Assembly: GCA_001794605.1 (NCBI GenBank)
Contig: MGKD01000013.1
Coordinates: 13,463 to 77,462, forward strand
Reading direction: 5' to 3'
DNA length: 64,000 bases
From: Candidatus Yanofskybacteria bacterium RIFCSPHIGHO2_12_FULL_45_19b
Lineage (GTDB): Bacteria > Patescibacteriota > Minisyncoccia > 2-02-FULL-40-12 > IGHO2-12-FULL-4
The position numbers and the translations under genes are program-made. Shown here in pieces: positions 16,450-26,790 of the stretch. The notes beneath the pieces are model-generated. The model was not told the origin of the DNA and ran no database searches. It saw nothing but the letters and a program-made list of their open reading frames with translations. Positions within the stretch are counted from its first letter, which is position 1; each line of letters starts with the position of its first letter.

Positions 16450-17953
16450 GCATAAACTGATTGCTGGTTTTTTGTTTGTCAGTTTTTTGGTTTTAGTTTT
16501 TATTTTTAGTATTCATGCGCTCGGTTCAATTAATCAGGATATCGGTCGCCACCTAACCCTGGGGAAGATTATCTGGCAAACGCACCATATCCCCACTACT
16601 AATCTGTTCTCTTATACGGCACCAGACTGGCCGTTTATCAACCATCACTGGTTGGCAGAGGTAGCGATCTATTTAGGTGAACGCTGGGTTGGTCTGCGGG
16701 GTCTCATTACTGCCAAGGCTTTAATTATTGCCTTAGCTTTTGGCTTAACGCTACTAGCGGCTTGGCGAAAAGCTAGGCCAGTGTCGATTATTTTATTTGG
16801 CCTATTGGCTATCGCCATGATGTTAGAGCGTACTGATCTGCGTCCGGAGATTTTTAGTTTTCTGTTTCTGGCCTGGTACCTGTTCGTGCTTTATCGGCAA
16901 CACGACCAAGCCACTGGTTGGTTATTGTGGACTTTAATCCCAGTACAATTACTCTGGGTTAATACCCACATCTACTTTTTTATTGGCCCACTGTGGTATC
17001 TGCTATTTTTGCTGGCTGATTGGATTAAAAAGGCGCAGATCACTCCCTCGACTAGGCAAGACCTAGTCAGGGGGAAAACTTGGCTGGTCGGGGCTGGAGT
17101 AGTTTTGATGAATTTTATTAACCCCTTTGGTTGGCGCGGGGCGATCTATCCGCTACAAGTTTTTAGTAACTATGGTTATTCAATTGCGGAGAACAAGGGG
17201 CCGTTATTTTTGCGCGCCTGGGGGTTCCCGCAGTTTACTACTTATGTTTTGTTTTTCTGCATTGCGCTTTTGGTTTTGGGGATTATCCTAAACTGGCGAA
17301 GCTGGCGTGAACATTTTTTCGCAATCAGTAGTAGTATTGTTGCCGGAATCTTTGCGTTGTTAATGGTGCGAAACTTTCCACTCTTTGCCTTAACTTTAAT
17401 TCCCGCTGGTGCGCTTTTGTGGACAGAAATTATGGAGCGTTGGAGAGGAGAAAAACCGCAAACCCAGTCAGGCAAGCTTGTCTTGCTGTTGGTGGTAGTG
17501 CTGTCGATTGTTAGTGTGCTGACTGGTGAGTTCTATCAGCGATTTGGTTTATCACGACAGTTCGGTTTGGAGGTGCCAGTGGGGGCGCAGGCAGGAGTAG
17601 ATTTTGTACGCACCAACAAATTACGCGGCCCGATTTTCAACAATTTTGACGTGGGCAGTTTCTTAATCTGGCGCTTACCAGAAGAGCCTGTCTTTATTGA
17701 TGGTAGGCCGGAGGCTTATCCGGCAGATTTTATCCAGAAAACCTATATCCCGATGCAAGAAGATCCGGCTTTGTGGAAAAAATACTCAGAGCAATACAAT
17801 ATCCAGTATGTTTTTTGGGATTATCACGATATTACCCCTTGGTCACAGCAATTTATTAAAGCCATGTTAAACAACTCGGCCTGGCCGTTGGTTTATCGTG
17901 ATGACACCATATTAATTTTTGTCCGTGCTAACCCTCATCTAGTAGGCGAGTAA
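16436..17953 (+). CDS. polytopic integral membrane protein, possibly GT-C-like
   Basis: About 12 predicted hydrophobic helices. Start overlaps the upstream gene. Confidence 0.4.
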   Translation: MSHNKHKLIAGFLFVSFLVLVFIFSIHALGSINQDIGRHLTLGKIIWQTHHIPTTNLFSYTAPDWPFINHHWLAEVAIYLGERWVGLRGLITAKALIIALAFGLTLLAAWRKARPVSIILFGLLAIAMMLERTDLRPEIFSFLFLAWYLFVLYRQHDQATGWLLWTLIPVQLLWVNTHIYFFIGPLWYLLFLLADWIKKAQITPSTRQDLVRGKTWLVGAGVVLMNFINPFGWRGAIYPLQVFSNYGYSIAENKGPLFLRAWGFPQFTTYVLFFCIALLVLGIILNWRSWREHFFAISSSIVAGIFALLMVRNFPLFALTLIPAGALLWTEIMERWRGEKPQTQSGKLVLLLVVVLSIVSVLTGEFYQRFGLSRQFGLEVPVGAQAGVDFVRTNKLRGPIFNNFDVGSFLIWRLPEEPVFIDGRPEAYPADFIQKTYIPMQEDPALWKKYSEQYNIQYVFWDYHDITPWSQQFIKAMLNNSAWPLVYRDDTILIFVRANPHLVGE

Positions 17954-19088
17954 ACTGGCGAGTCATCTGTTCTTGGGTGAAGTGCTTGATAATATTTTGG
18001 TGAGCGGCGATGGCCAAGTCTTGACGCAATCGATCAGAAGCCAAAACCGTTTCGATATTACGAGCCAAACGGTTGGGGTTTCTAATCGCTACCACCAAAC
18101 CATTTTCTCCAGAATTAATTAGTTCAGGAATTGCTCCCACCGCCGTCGCTACCACCGGGACCTGGGCGGCCATGGCTTCGAGTACTGACCAGGGAAACCC
18201 TTCTTTGTTTGAGGGCAGGACAAATACATCAAAGGCTTTAAGATAACGTTGGGCCTCGGTTATTTTACCAAGCAAGAAAACTCGCTTCTCTTGACGCAGT
18301 GTTTTAATCAAGCGCTCTAGTTCTGGTCTTAGCCTACCATCGCCGATGATCAAAAAAATTGCCTCTGGGTTAGTAATCTGGGCGGCGGCGCGGATAAAAT
18401 TAGCCGTGTCCTTGGCTGGATAGAAGTTGCCGATCGTGCCAACCACTAAATCAGTTGGCGGGTTGGCCTTTCCAATTTTACTAAATAGTTTTTCTCTCGC
18501 CTCACTGCGTGGTATGAATTCCAAATAGGGATCAATGCCGTTAGGTATGTAAATCAACTCTTTGCGCGGCTTGATGCCTAGTTGTTCAGCTAACTGTCGG
18601 TCGTTTTGGTTGTTAACCACGATGATATCTTTCCAACGAGCACTCAATTTCTCTAAAAGAATATAGAATTTTTTTCGCCAGTAAGACCAGGGGTCATTAA
18701 AAGTCCAACCACCGATGCGGTAAATTACCTTGAGCCAGGGCAGGCGACGTGGCCAACGGGCGGCCAGTGCGCCAATAAAACCAGCTTTGGTGCCATTTAA
18801 AAACAGGACATCTGGCTGGAAGTCTTTAATTAGGGCGCGCAATTCTGATACAGCGCGCAAATTAGCTTGCCAATTACCGTCACGTTGCAAATAGGTTAGT
18901 TGCTGGGTGGCAACCGCTTTTGCTTTCAGTGCCGAATTCAAGCCAGCATCGCCCTCGCTACCAATTGCCACTAAGCACTGAAAGCGATTTTCAGCTAGTT
19001 TGGGGACGAAATTATTAAAAAATTGCTGGGCGCCACCGAGCTCAGATTGAGTGACTACAAAGAGAATTCTGCGCTGTTTTCTAATCAA
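17928..19088 (-). CDS. glycosyltransferase family 4 (GT-B); 5' end abuts/overlaps the IS left inverted repeat
   Basis: EGFPWSVLEAMAAQVPVVATAVGAIPELI motif. No in-frame ATG; only the TTG inside the IS inverted repeat. Confidence 0.8.
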   Translation of the reverse strand: MIRKQRRILFVVTQSELGGAQQFFNNFVPKLAENRFQCLVAIGSEGDAGLNSALKAKAVATQQLTYLQRDGNWQANLRAVSELRALIKDFQPDVLFLNGTKAGFIGALAARWPRRLPWLKVIYRIGGWTFNDPWSYWRKKFYILLEKLSARWKDIIVVNNQNDRQLAEQLGIKPRKELIYIPNGIDPYLEFIPRSEAREKLFSKIGKANPPTDLVVGTIGNFYPAKDTANFIRAAAQITNPEAIFLIIGDGRLRPELERLIKTLRQEKRVFLLGKITEAQRYLKAFDVFVLPSNKEGFPWSVLEAMAAQVPVVATAVGAIPELINSGENGLVVAIRNPNRLARNIETVLASDRLRQDLAIAAHQNIIKHFTQEQMTRQFTRLLDEG

Positions 19089-20009
19089 TAGCTTGGAACC
19101 GCTTTAATGATTTCCATCGGGGTTTTAAAGTTTAATCCCATGTGTGGCCGCTCTGTATTGTAGTATTGAATAAACTCTGGTATTTCTTTTTGCCATGCCT
19201 CCATAGTTCTTGGTATCCGATGCAGACACTCTTTTTGTAGGGTTTGAATGAATCTTTCCACATGAGCATTGTCAGTTGGTGTTCGTACTCGGGTGTGCCG
19301 ATGTTCTAAACCATCATGGATGGTAATCTTGGTAAACCATTTAGCAAACTCCGAGCCATGATCCGTCTGGATGGTCTTGAACGAGAACGGAGCTTGCTCC
19401 CGTGCCGTCCGCATGAAACTGCTGGTGGCTCGACAATTCACCGCCAGCGCTGGTTCCGCATAGGCCCAGCGGGAGCAGACATCAATCAAGGCATAGGCGG
19501 ATAACCTTTCTGCTGGTATCCCCTCATGTACAGCATCAATTTCCACTAACCAGCCTGGTTTTTCTGGCATGGGCCGTTCCGGATACTGGTGCCACTTCTT
19601 CCATTTGGAATACTTTGATATACCATATCTTTTTAGTATTCGTTTGACCGTACTCAGACTGACTACAATATTTCTTTCTGTGCCCAGTCGGTGATGCAGA
19701 ATCTCGGCACACTGACTCCGTTCGCTTCTTAACTCGAGAATCTGTTTCACAATCTCAAGATCAATCTCATTGGGGTGATGGTCTGGTCGTGATGATCGGG
19801 TGGGCAAGAACTGACTGTTGTGGTGCAAGAGCTTGGCTCGTGCTACCCATTTCACCACGGCACTATGGGTAAAGCCAAAGTGCCGTGCCACCGCTCTAAC
19901 ACTCCATCCGGACTGGACTAACCGTACCGCTTCCATCCTGATCCGAGGCAATCGATTGTATATGCTGTACATTCTCATATTCTAGCAGGGGTGGTTCCAA
20001 GGTATTGAA
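19084..20009 (-). mobile_element. IS481-family-like insertion sequence copy 1 (about 926 bp) with 19-bp imperfect terminal IRs
   Basis: IR-L atcaatagcttggaaccgc (19084-19102) pairs with IR-R gtggttccaaggtattgaa (19991-20009) at 16/19. Contains the transposase ORF. Confidence 0.6.
19085..19978 (-). CDS. IS481-family DDE transposase (rve integrase core)
   Basis: N-terminal HTH. WLVEIDAVH, TDHGSEF and DNAHVERF (DDE) motifs. Confidence 0.8.
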   Translation of the reverse strand: MRMYSIYNRLPRIRMEAVRLVQSGWSVRAVARHFGFTHSAVVKWVARAKLLHHNSQFLPTRSSRPDHHPNEIDLEIVKQILELRSERSQCAEILHHRLGTERNIVVSLSTVKRILKRYGISKYSKWKKWHQYPERPMPEKPGWLVEIDAVHEGIPAERLSAYALIDVCSRWAYAEPALAVNCRATSSFMRTAREQAPFSFKTIQTDHGSEFAKWFTKITIHDGLEHRHTRVRTPTDNAHVERFIQTLQKECLHRIPRTMEAWQKEIPEFIQYYNTERPHMGLNFKTPMEIIKAVPSY

Positions 20010-20059
20010 CCATGACATGCGCTTGATTTTACTCTCCATTTGTGGCAGAATAACACAAA

Positions 20060-21208
20060 ATGTCTGATAATGCAAAACCGGTTTTAGTTTTCACTACTGC
20101 CTATCAGCCGCGCGCTAGTGGGGCAGAAATTGCTCTGGCGGCGGTGGCTGAAGGTTTACCACAGATTGATTTTCACATTCTCACTCCACGCTATTACTCC
20201 TCCTCTGCCAAGCTGGAGCAACAAGGGCATATCACCATATATCGTCTAGGCTGGGGTATTTGGTTAGATAAGTGGTTATTCCCTATTTTGGGGTTTTTCG
20301 CCGGTCTAGGGCTCTTAAAACGTCATCCGAGGGCATTGCTACATGCTTGGCAAGCTTCGCAGGCGGGCGGAGCGGCTTGGCTACTGCGTTGGTGGTCCGG
20401 TCGGCCGCTACTGCTTACTTTACAAGAAGGCGAGCGTTTAGACCGTCAGGTTTGGTGGCTGAGATTTTTTCGCTGGTTAATTATCCGTCGGGCCGATCAG
20501 GCAGTGGCGATCAGTCAGTATCTAAAAAAATTCATTCAGACCAGTGCGCCAAACTTGCCCGTAACGGTGATTCCCAACGGCGTTGCTTTGGAGCAGTTTA
20601 CCCATTTATCCAGCTACGGCGAACAAGCTCAGTTGGCTGATCAGTTAGGCATTCGTCCGGGGGATAAAGTGTTGATCCATACCGGAAGACTAGCCACTAA
20701 GAATGGTCTGATCAATCTTCTAAAAGCTATTCCCTTGGTACAAGAAAAACTTTCTCAGACTACAATTAAGCTACTACTGGTTGGCTCTGGCCCAGAAGGT
20801 GATAAATTAGCTAGTTTGGCGCATGAATTAGGAATTGAACAGCAGATTATCTGGATTAAACAGGTTAACCAGGTTCAGTTGGTTAAGTATCTACAATTGG
20901 CCCAGGTGTTTATTCGCCCCTCCTTAACCGAGGGGTTGGGTAATTCTTTTTTGGAGGCCATGGCGGCAGGAGTAGTGATTGTTGGTTCGGGGGTGGGAGG
21001 AATTATTGATTTTCTAAAAGATAGCGAGACTGGTTTGGTTTGTGATCCGCTTAACCCAGCGGATATTGCTGAAAAAATTTATCGACTACTGGATAATAGC
21101 GCGCTTAAACAGAAGCTGGCCGAAGCAGGACAACAGCTAGTATTAGAAAAATATGGCTGGGAGAAAATTGCCACTCAGTATGCTAAGCTTTATCAAAGTA
21201 TTAAATAG
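20060..21208 (+). CDS. glycosyltransferase family 4
   Basis: TEGLGNSFLEAMAAGVVIVGSGVGGIIDFL. Confidence 0.8.
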   Translation: MSDNAKPVLVFTTAYQPRASGAEIALAAVAEGLPQIDFHILTPRYYSSSAKLEQQGHITIYRLGWGIWLDKWLFPILGFFAGLGLLKRHPRALLHAWQASQAGGAAWLLRWWSGRPLLLTLQEGERLDRQVWWLRFFRWLIIRRADQAVAISQYLKKFIQTSAPNLPVTVIPNGVALEQFTHLSSYGEQAQLADQLGIRPGDKVLIHTGRLATKNGLINLLKAIPLVQEKLSQTTIKLLLVGSGPEGDKLASLAHELGIEQQIIWIKQVNQVQLVKYLQLAQVFIRPSLTEGLGNSFLEAMAAGVVIVGSGVGGIIDFLKDSETGLVCDPLNPADIAEKIYRLLDNSALKQKLAEAGQQLVLEKYGWEKIATQYAKLYQSIK

Positions 21209-21210
21209 GT

Positions 21211-21915
21211 ATGAAGCTTTCTATTGTTATCCCAGTTTTTAACGAGAAGCATAGTCTTAAAGAACTTTTGCGCCGAGTCGAAACGGTTGATTTGGGTGTG
21301 GTTGAAAAAGAGATAATCATTGTTGATGACTGTTCCACTGATGGTACTACCCAATGGCTGAAAGAACTTGAAAATCCAAAATACAAAACAATCTATCATT
21401 CTAAGAATCAAGGAAAGGGGGCGGCTTTGCGCAGTGGGTTCGCGCTTGCCAGCGGCGACATTATTATCGTGCAGGATGCCGACTTAGAATATAATCCGGC
21501 TGAGTATCCACAACTGATCGCGCCGATTGTAGCGGGTGACGCCGATGTGGTTTATGGTTCACGTTTGGTTACCGCCTTGCCCCACCGGGTACTTTATTTT
21601 TATCACTATTTAGGTAATAAATGGTTAACCTTTTTATCCAATTTGTTTACCGGTCTGAATCTTTCTGACATGGAGACTTGCTATAAGGCATTTTCACGTC
21701 AGGCTTTGCAAGCGATCCTGCCTCGTTTACGAGCAAAGCGTTTTGGTATTGAACCAGAACTTACTGCCCAGGTAGCCAAACATCAACTACGCGTTTATGA
21801 AATTGGCATCTCGTATCATGGTCGAACTTATAAAGAAGGCAAAAAAATAAATTGGAAAGATGGCTTGGCAGCGATTTGGCACATTGTCAGGTTTAATTTA
21901 TTTACGAGAAAATAA
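21211..21915 (+). CDS. GT2 polyprenyl-phosphate sugar synthase (Dpm1/GtrB/ArnC-like)
   Basis: LSIVIPVFNE...IIIVDDCSTDGT...VQDADLEYNP. Confidence 0.8.
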   Translation: MKLSIVIPVFNEKHSLKELLRRVETVDLGVVEKEIIIVDDCSTDGTTQWLKELENPKYKTIYHSKNQGKGAALRSGFALASGDIIIVQDADLEYNPAEYPQLIAPIVAGDADVVYGSRLVTALPHRVLYFYHYLGNKWLTFLSNLFTGLNLSDMETCYKAFSRQALQAILPRLRAKRFGIEPELTAQVAKHQLRVYEIGISYHGRTYKEGKKINWKDGLAAIWHIVRFNLFTRK

Positions 21916-23072
21916 TGGAAAAGCAAAATAAAATTCTGATTGCTACCGGAATCTTTCCACCAGAAGCAGGGGGGCCAGCTTCTTACGCCCAAGCCTTGGC
22001 AAAAAAGTTGGCACCAGAAAAGAAGGTAGCAGTGGTAACCTATTCACGCCGTTGGGGAGATAAAACGGATAAGTTCCTACCCTTTCCAGTAATACGCATT
22101 TGGAAAGGTTGGCCAAAAGTTTGGCGTCATGTAATTTATTTATTTAGACTATTTACGGCTAGCCAGGGTGCTAGCACAATTCTTGCACTTAATACGGTTA
22201 GTTCTGGTATCCCAGCCACGTTGGTGGCGCGCTGGCGTAAACAGCGTCTGGTAGTGCGGATTGTGGGGGATTATGCTTGGGAGACGGCCGCTAATACCGG
22301 TAAAACTTTTTTTCTTTTGAATGATTTTCAGAAAGCGCCACAGCGTGGGAAAATCAAATTATTACAGAATTGTCAGCGCTGGGTGTGTAAGCAGGCTGAC
22401 TCAATCATTGTCCCATCAGAATATCTCTCTGGCATTGTACAGGGTTGGGGAGTTAAGGCGGAAAAAATTAAAGTTATTTACAACGGAGTAGATTTTCCAG
22501 TTAGCGAGCTTAGCCAGGAAGAAGCCAGAAAAAAAATCGGCATTGCTGGGAATATTATTCTTTCCAGTGGCCGTCTGGTGCCTTGGAAAGGCTTTAAGAT
22601 GTTAATTAAGTTGATGCCACGCTTGTTACAAATTAACCCCTTCTTTCGTCTAGTGATTTTGGGCTCTGGGCCAGATGGGAAAACCCTACAGGCGATGATT
22701 AATAATTTAAGGCTAGAAAAGAAGGTGTACTTGTTACCAGTGCCACGCGCTGAAATCCCACTTTATCTAAAAGCGGCTAGTATCTATGTGTTGAATACCG
22801 GCTATGAGGGTTTTTCACACCAAATTTTGGAGGCGATGCTTAGCCGTGTGCCGGTAATTACTACTCGTGCCGGTGGCAATCCAGAGGTAATTCGTCAAGG
22901 CGAGAATGGCTTCATGGTCAATTATAACGATGAGTTTAATTTGGTGGAGGCAATTAAAACCGTCTGGCAGGGGGAGGAGTTGCGGGAACGCTTTGTCGCC
23001 AATGGATTAATCACTGTTGAACATTTTAGTTTGGAAAAAATGTTCAACGAGACTATGGCGGTGTTAAATTAA
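21915..23072 (+). CDS. glycosyltransferase family 4
   Basis: EGFSHQILEAMLSRVPVITTRAGGNPEVI. Confidence 0.8.
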   Translation: MEKQNKILIATGIFPPEAGGPASYAQALAKKLAPEKKVAVVTYSRRWGDKTDKFLPFPVIRIWKGWPKVWRHVIYLFRLFTASQGASTILALNTVSSGIPATLVARWRKQRLVVRIVGDYAWETAANTGKTFFLLNDFQKAPQRGKIKLLQNCQRWVCKQADSIIVPSEYLSGIVQGWGVKAEKIKVIYNGVDFPVSELSQEEARKKIGIAGNIILSSGRLVPWKGFKMLIKLMPRLLQINPFFRLVILGSGPDGKTLQAMINNLRLEKKVYLLPVPRAEIPLYLKAASIYVLNTGYEGFSHQILEAMLSRVPVITTRAGGNPEVIRQGENGFMVNYNDEFNLVEAIKTVWQGEELRERFVANGLITVEHFSLEKMFNETMAVLN

Positions 23073-23075
23073 TTT

Positions 23076-24188
23076 ATGGCAAAGTTATTAATGATTACTG
23101 GTTTGGGCAGTGCGAGAGATCTCGCTTCTGGAAAGCGGGGAGCTTTTTATAATACTTTGGAGGAATTTCATCGTTATTGGGAGAGAATTGATATTATTGC
23201 TCCGAGAGTAAAACAGCCAGTCGGCAATCTTTTCGGTAATGTTTTTATTCACACCTCGCCCTGGCCATTACTTCTTCACCTAGTGTTTTTTATTAAAAAA
23301 GCTATGACCATTTATCGTGAACAAAAATTTGATTTGATGACGGTACATGAGTTCCCCCCTTTTTATAATGGCTTAGCGGCGCGTTGGTTGTGGCACAAGC
23401 TCAAAATTCCTTATATTATTGAGATCCATCATGTTACTGGTTATCCTAAACCTGGGAGCATGAAAGAACGTGTTTACCTATCTCTAATGCATTGGTTTGT
23501 TGCTTGGGATATAAAACCAAGCAAACAAATTCGGGTGGTTAACCAAAAACAGGTGTCAGAATTTTTAATTAAGGCTGGAGTGGATCAAGCAAAAATTAGT
23601 TATATCCCATCCCTATATATTGATTTGGATGTTTTTAAACCACTGGTTGAAGAAAAAAAATATGATCTGATTTTTATCGGCCGTTTGGTGGAAAATAAGG
23701 GGATCAATTTATTTTTGGAAACGGTAAAAAAAACTGGTTTGAGTGGTGCGATTATTGGCACTGGCCCACTCCAGCATGAGATTAAATTGAAAATTGAAAA
23801 ATGGAAATTAAAAATTGATTTTCATGGTTGGGCTAAAGACGCAAACGCAGTGGCACACCTGATTAACCAATCGAGACTCCTGGTAATGCCTTCCTATAAC
23901 GAAGGCGGTCCTCGAGTGGTGGCTGAAGCGATGGCTTGTGGGGTGCCCTTTTTGGCTACTCCGGTAGGAATAGTGCCGGACCTGATTAGTCAAGTCGAGG
24001 TTGGTGAGGTTATACGGTGGGATGTTCTCGACATTCAGCGAAAAGCCGAGGCTCTGCTATCTGATCCGGAGCGCTATAGTCGCTACTCTAAGGCAGGCCC
24101 CATTTTAGCCAAGCAGTTTGAAAAAAAACAGGCGATTAAGCACTATGCTGATTGGTTAAAATCTTATATAGATAGCGAGAGCTTATAA
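23076..24188 (+). CDS. glycosyltransferase family 4
   Basis: EGGPRVVAEAMACGVPFLATPVGIVPDLI. Confidence 0.8.
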   Translation: MAKLLMITGLGSARDLASGKRGAFYNTLEEFHRYWERIDIIAPRVKQPVGNLFGNVFIHTSPWPLLLHLVFFIKKAMTIYREQKFDLMTVHEFPPFYNGLAARWLWHKLKIPYIIEIHHVTGYPKPGSMKERVYLSLMHWFVAWDIKPSKQIRVVNQKQVSEFLIKAGVDQAKISYIPSLYIDLDVFKPLVEEKKYDLIFIGRLVENKGINLFLETVKKTGLSGAIIGTGPLQHEIKLKIEKWKLKIDFHGWAKDANAVAHLINQSRLLVMPSYNEGGPRVVAEAMACGVPFLATPVGIVPDLISQVEVGEVIRWDVLDIQRKAEALLSDPERYSRYSKAGPILAKQFEKKQAIKHYADWLKSYIDSESL

Positions 24189-24201
24189 TTGATTAAATAA
24201 T

Positions 24202-25260
24202 ATGGCCGGGATTTTGATTATTACTCAAAAAGTTGACCAGGATGAGCAGTTGCTCAGTTTTTTTATTGGTTGGTTGTCTGTTTTTGCTCAACATTTTGAA
24301 CGGGTTACAGTGGGTTGTTTGCAAAAAGGAGAGTTTAGTTTGTCGAGTAATGTTTCGGTGGTTAGTTTTGGAAAGGGGGCCGGGCTTTCTAAGTGGCGCC
24401 AGCTAGTTAATTTTTACAAATTAATTATTGGCAGACAACATGAGTATCAGTCAGTATTTGTGCACATGAATCCAATTTGGGTAATTTTAGGGGGTTGGTG
24501 GTGGCGGATTAAGGGCAAAAAAATTTCCCTTTGGTATGCCCACGGTACAGTTTCTTGGAAGTTGCGACTAGCAGAGAAGTTTGCGCATGTTATTTTCACT
24601 TCAACTAGTAAGGGCTGTCGGATTAAGAGTAATAAACTGCAAATAGTGGGCCAAGGTATTGATACTGACTATTTCAAAGTTGGTTCGCAACCAGATTCCT
24701 TTTCTCATACTCCTCGGCTGGTGAGCATTGGTCGCATTGCGCCTTCTAAGGATTACGAAACCTTAATAGTGGCGGTTAAGCAGTTGGTAGCGCAGGGCCA
24801 GGCTTTGTCAGTAGAGATTGTTGGCGGAATCGGTGTGCCGGAAGACCAGGCTTATCTGGCAAAATTGCAGGCATTAGTTAGGGATAACCAGCTGGAACAA
24901 ATTTTTGTTTTTAAAGGAGCGCTACCCAATAAGACAATTTTGCCAATCCTGCAATCCGCTGATATTTTCTTGAATATGGGGCAAACTGGTAGTTTGGATA
25001 AGGCGATACTGGAGGCGATGGCTTGTGGTACGCCAGTTTTGAGTTGTAATGAGGCACTAGCGGAGGTCTTAGGGGTGGAAAACAGTCATTTGATGTATCC
25101 CAAAAAGGACCCTCAGGTTCTGGCTCAGAAAATAAGAATGATTTTACAACTTACACCAGAAGAACGACAGAAACTGTCAGCTAAGTTACGTGAAGTCGTG
25201 GTCTCAAATCATAATCTGCCGAATTTGATCAAAAAAATTAGTACAACACTAGCCACGTAA
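24202..25260 (+). CDS. glycosyltransferase family 4 (GT-B)
   Basis: LDKAILEAMACGTPVLSCNEALAEVLG. Confidence 0.7.
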   Translation: MAGILIITQKVDQDEQLLSFFIGWLSVFAQHFERVTVGCLQKGEFSLSSNVSVVSFGKGAGLSKWRQLVNFYKLIIGRQHEYQSVFVHMNPIWVILGGWWWRIKGKKISLWYAHGTVSWKLRLAEKFAHVIFTSTSKGCRIKSNKLQIVGQGIDTDYFKVGSQPDSFSHTPRLVSIGRIAPSKDYETLIVAVKQLVAQGQALSVEIVGGIGVPEDQAYLAKLQALVRDNQLEQIFVFKGALPNKTILPILQSADIFLNMGQTGSLDKAILEAMACGTPVLSCNEALAEVLGVENSHLMYPKKDPQVLAQKIRMILQLTPEERQKLSAKLREVVVSNHNLPNLIKKISTTLAT

Positions 25261-25264
25261 GACC

Positions 25265-26425
25265 ATGAAAGATAAAGGCGTCATTGTTACCGGACATCCT
25301 TATGCTTATCCTTACTACTTTAAGGTTTTTACTTTTGTGGATAAGGCAAAGTTTATTTTTGTTTTACCCAAAATCTGGCGGGCTAGGTTGGTTATAAAAT
25401 TAGAAAAGATAGCTGGCTTTAAAATTTATGGGCTAAATGCTCTATCATATGGGAGGCAGTCGTTTTTTGGTGGGCAGTTCAAGGGTTGGTTACCGGGGAT
25501 TTTGTGGCTTCTGCCCTACTTGAGGTTAAGATACCAGCCCCGTGTTTTATACTCCTGTTCCGAACCAAATTTGTTAACCACGCTGTTTAACGGGTTAGTG
25601 GCAAAGTGTTTTGGCCTACGTTACGCTATTTTTACTTGGCAGAATATTCCAGCAGAAAACAGGTTGCATGGTATTAAGTTGAGACTATCGTTATTTTTGG
25701 TTCGACTAAATTTATGGTTAGCAGATGGTGTAATTTGTGGCAATAAAAAAGCCGAGTTAATCGTAAAACAGTTAAATAAAACAATAAAAACCGCCATTTT
25801 TCCCTTAAGCGGGGTAGATGTCGAGCGGTTTAAGCCAGGTCTAGTTTCGGATTGGAAGCAAAGACTAAACTTATTTGATCACAAAACAATACTTTTTTAC
25901 GGAGCCTTAGACAAGAGAAAGGGGTTGAATATTCTGCTCGATGCCTTTAAGATAGTTCAGGATCAATCCAGCAAATTGGTGGTGGTCGGCCGTGGTCCAG
26001 AAGCGGAAAAGTTAAAACAACAAACCAGTTTATTAGGGTTGGGTGGCAGAGTGATATTTATTGACTGGATGGATAACGCAAAATTACCAGAGTTGTTGAA
26101 TACTGCAGATATTTTTGTTTACCCTAGTGTACCAGTAGGTGGCTGGGAAGAGCAATTTGGTTACGCTATGGCTGAGGCCAGTGCCTGTGCGTTGCCAGTG
26201 ATTTCTACCCAGACTGGTTCGATTGCAGAAGTGGTGTTAAATGAAAAAACCGGAATTCTGGTAGAACCCAATAACTCTACCGCTCTGGCCCTAGCTTTGG
26301 ATAAGTTGCTGGCGGACCGCGCGTTAAGAGAAGGATGGGGGCATTGCGGGCGTGATTATGTGGTGGAGAATTATAGTCACAAGAAAATTGCGGAGCAATT
26401 AACTAATTTTTTGTTCAATTTATAG
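25265..26425 (+). CDS. glycosyltransferase family 4
   Basis: EEQFGYAMAEASACALPVISTQTGSIAEVV. Confidence 0.75.
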   Translation: MKDKGVIVTGHPYAYPYYFKVFTFVDKAKFIFVLPKIWRARLVIKLEKIAGFKIYGLNALSYGRQSFFGGQFKGWLPGILWLLPYLRLRYQPRVLYSCSEPNLLTTLFNGLVAKCFGLRYAIFTWQNIPAENRLHGIKLRLSLFLVRLNLWLADGVICGNKKAELIVKQLNKTIKTAIFPLSGVDVERFKPGLVSDWKQRLNLFDHKTILFYGALDKRKGLNILLDAFKIVQDQSSKLVVVGRGPEAEKLKQQTSLLGLGGRVIFIDWMDNAKLPELLNTADIFVYPSVPVGGWEEQFGYAMAEASACALPVISTQTGSIAEVVLNEKTGILVEPNNSTALALALDKLLADRALREGWGHCGRDYVVENYSHKKIAEQLTNFLFNL

Positions 26426-26427
26426 TT

Positions 26428-26790
26428 ATGTTTTATAAGCTACTTTTGCTAATGGGGGTAGGTTTTAATGTTCTGGCGCAACTTCTTTTGAAGCAGGGAA
26501 TGGCTGGACTAGATATTATTTCTACCAACCTTACGCTGTTTGGCAAGATTAAATTACTGTTATTTAATCCTTTGTTCTGGGGAGCAATTTTGAGCTATGG
26601 AGCAGGGTTTGTAATTTATGCGGTAGTTTTATCTAAAATAAATTTAGGGGTGGCTTATCCAGTGGCCAGTGTTTTGGCAATCGTTGCTATCTATCTTTTC
26701 TCATTATTTTATTTTAATGAATCTTTAACTACCATTGGTGTAGCTGGGGTTATCTTATGTATCACTGGAGTAGCGTTATTACTAAAATAA
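26428..26790 (+). CDS. small 4-TM SMR/ArnE-like membrane protein (polyprenyl-P-sugar flippase subunit-like)
   Basis: 120 aa, four hydrophobic helices. Lies between a GT2 polyprenyl-P synthase and a GT-C gene. Confidence 0.5.
   Translation: MFYKLLLLMGVGFNVLAQLLLKQGMAGLDIISTNLTLFGKIKLLLFNPLFWGAILSYGAGFVIYAVVLSKINLGVAYPVASVLAIVAIYLFSLFYFNESLTTIGVAGVILCITGVALLLK

Noticed and set aside
20272-20640. 122-aa alternate-frame ORF within the GT4 gene 20060-21208
   Set aside because: Overlaps a well-supported GT4 reading frame; Arg/Ser-rich shadow frame.
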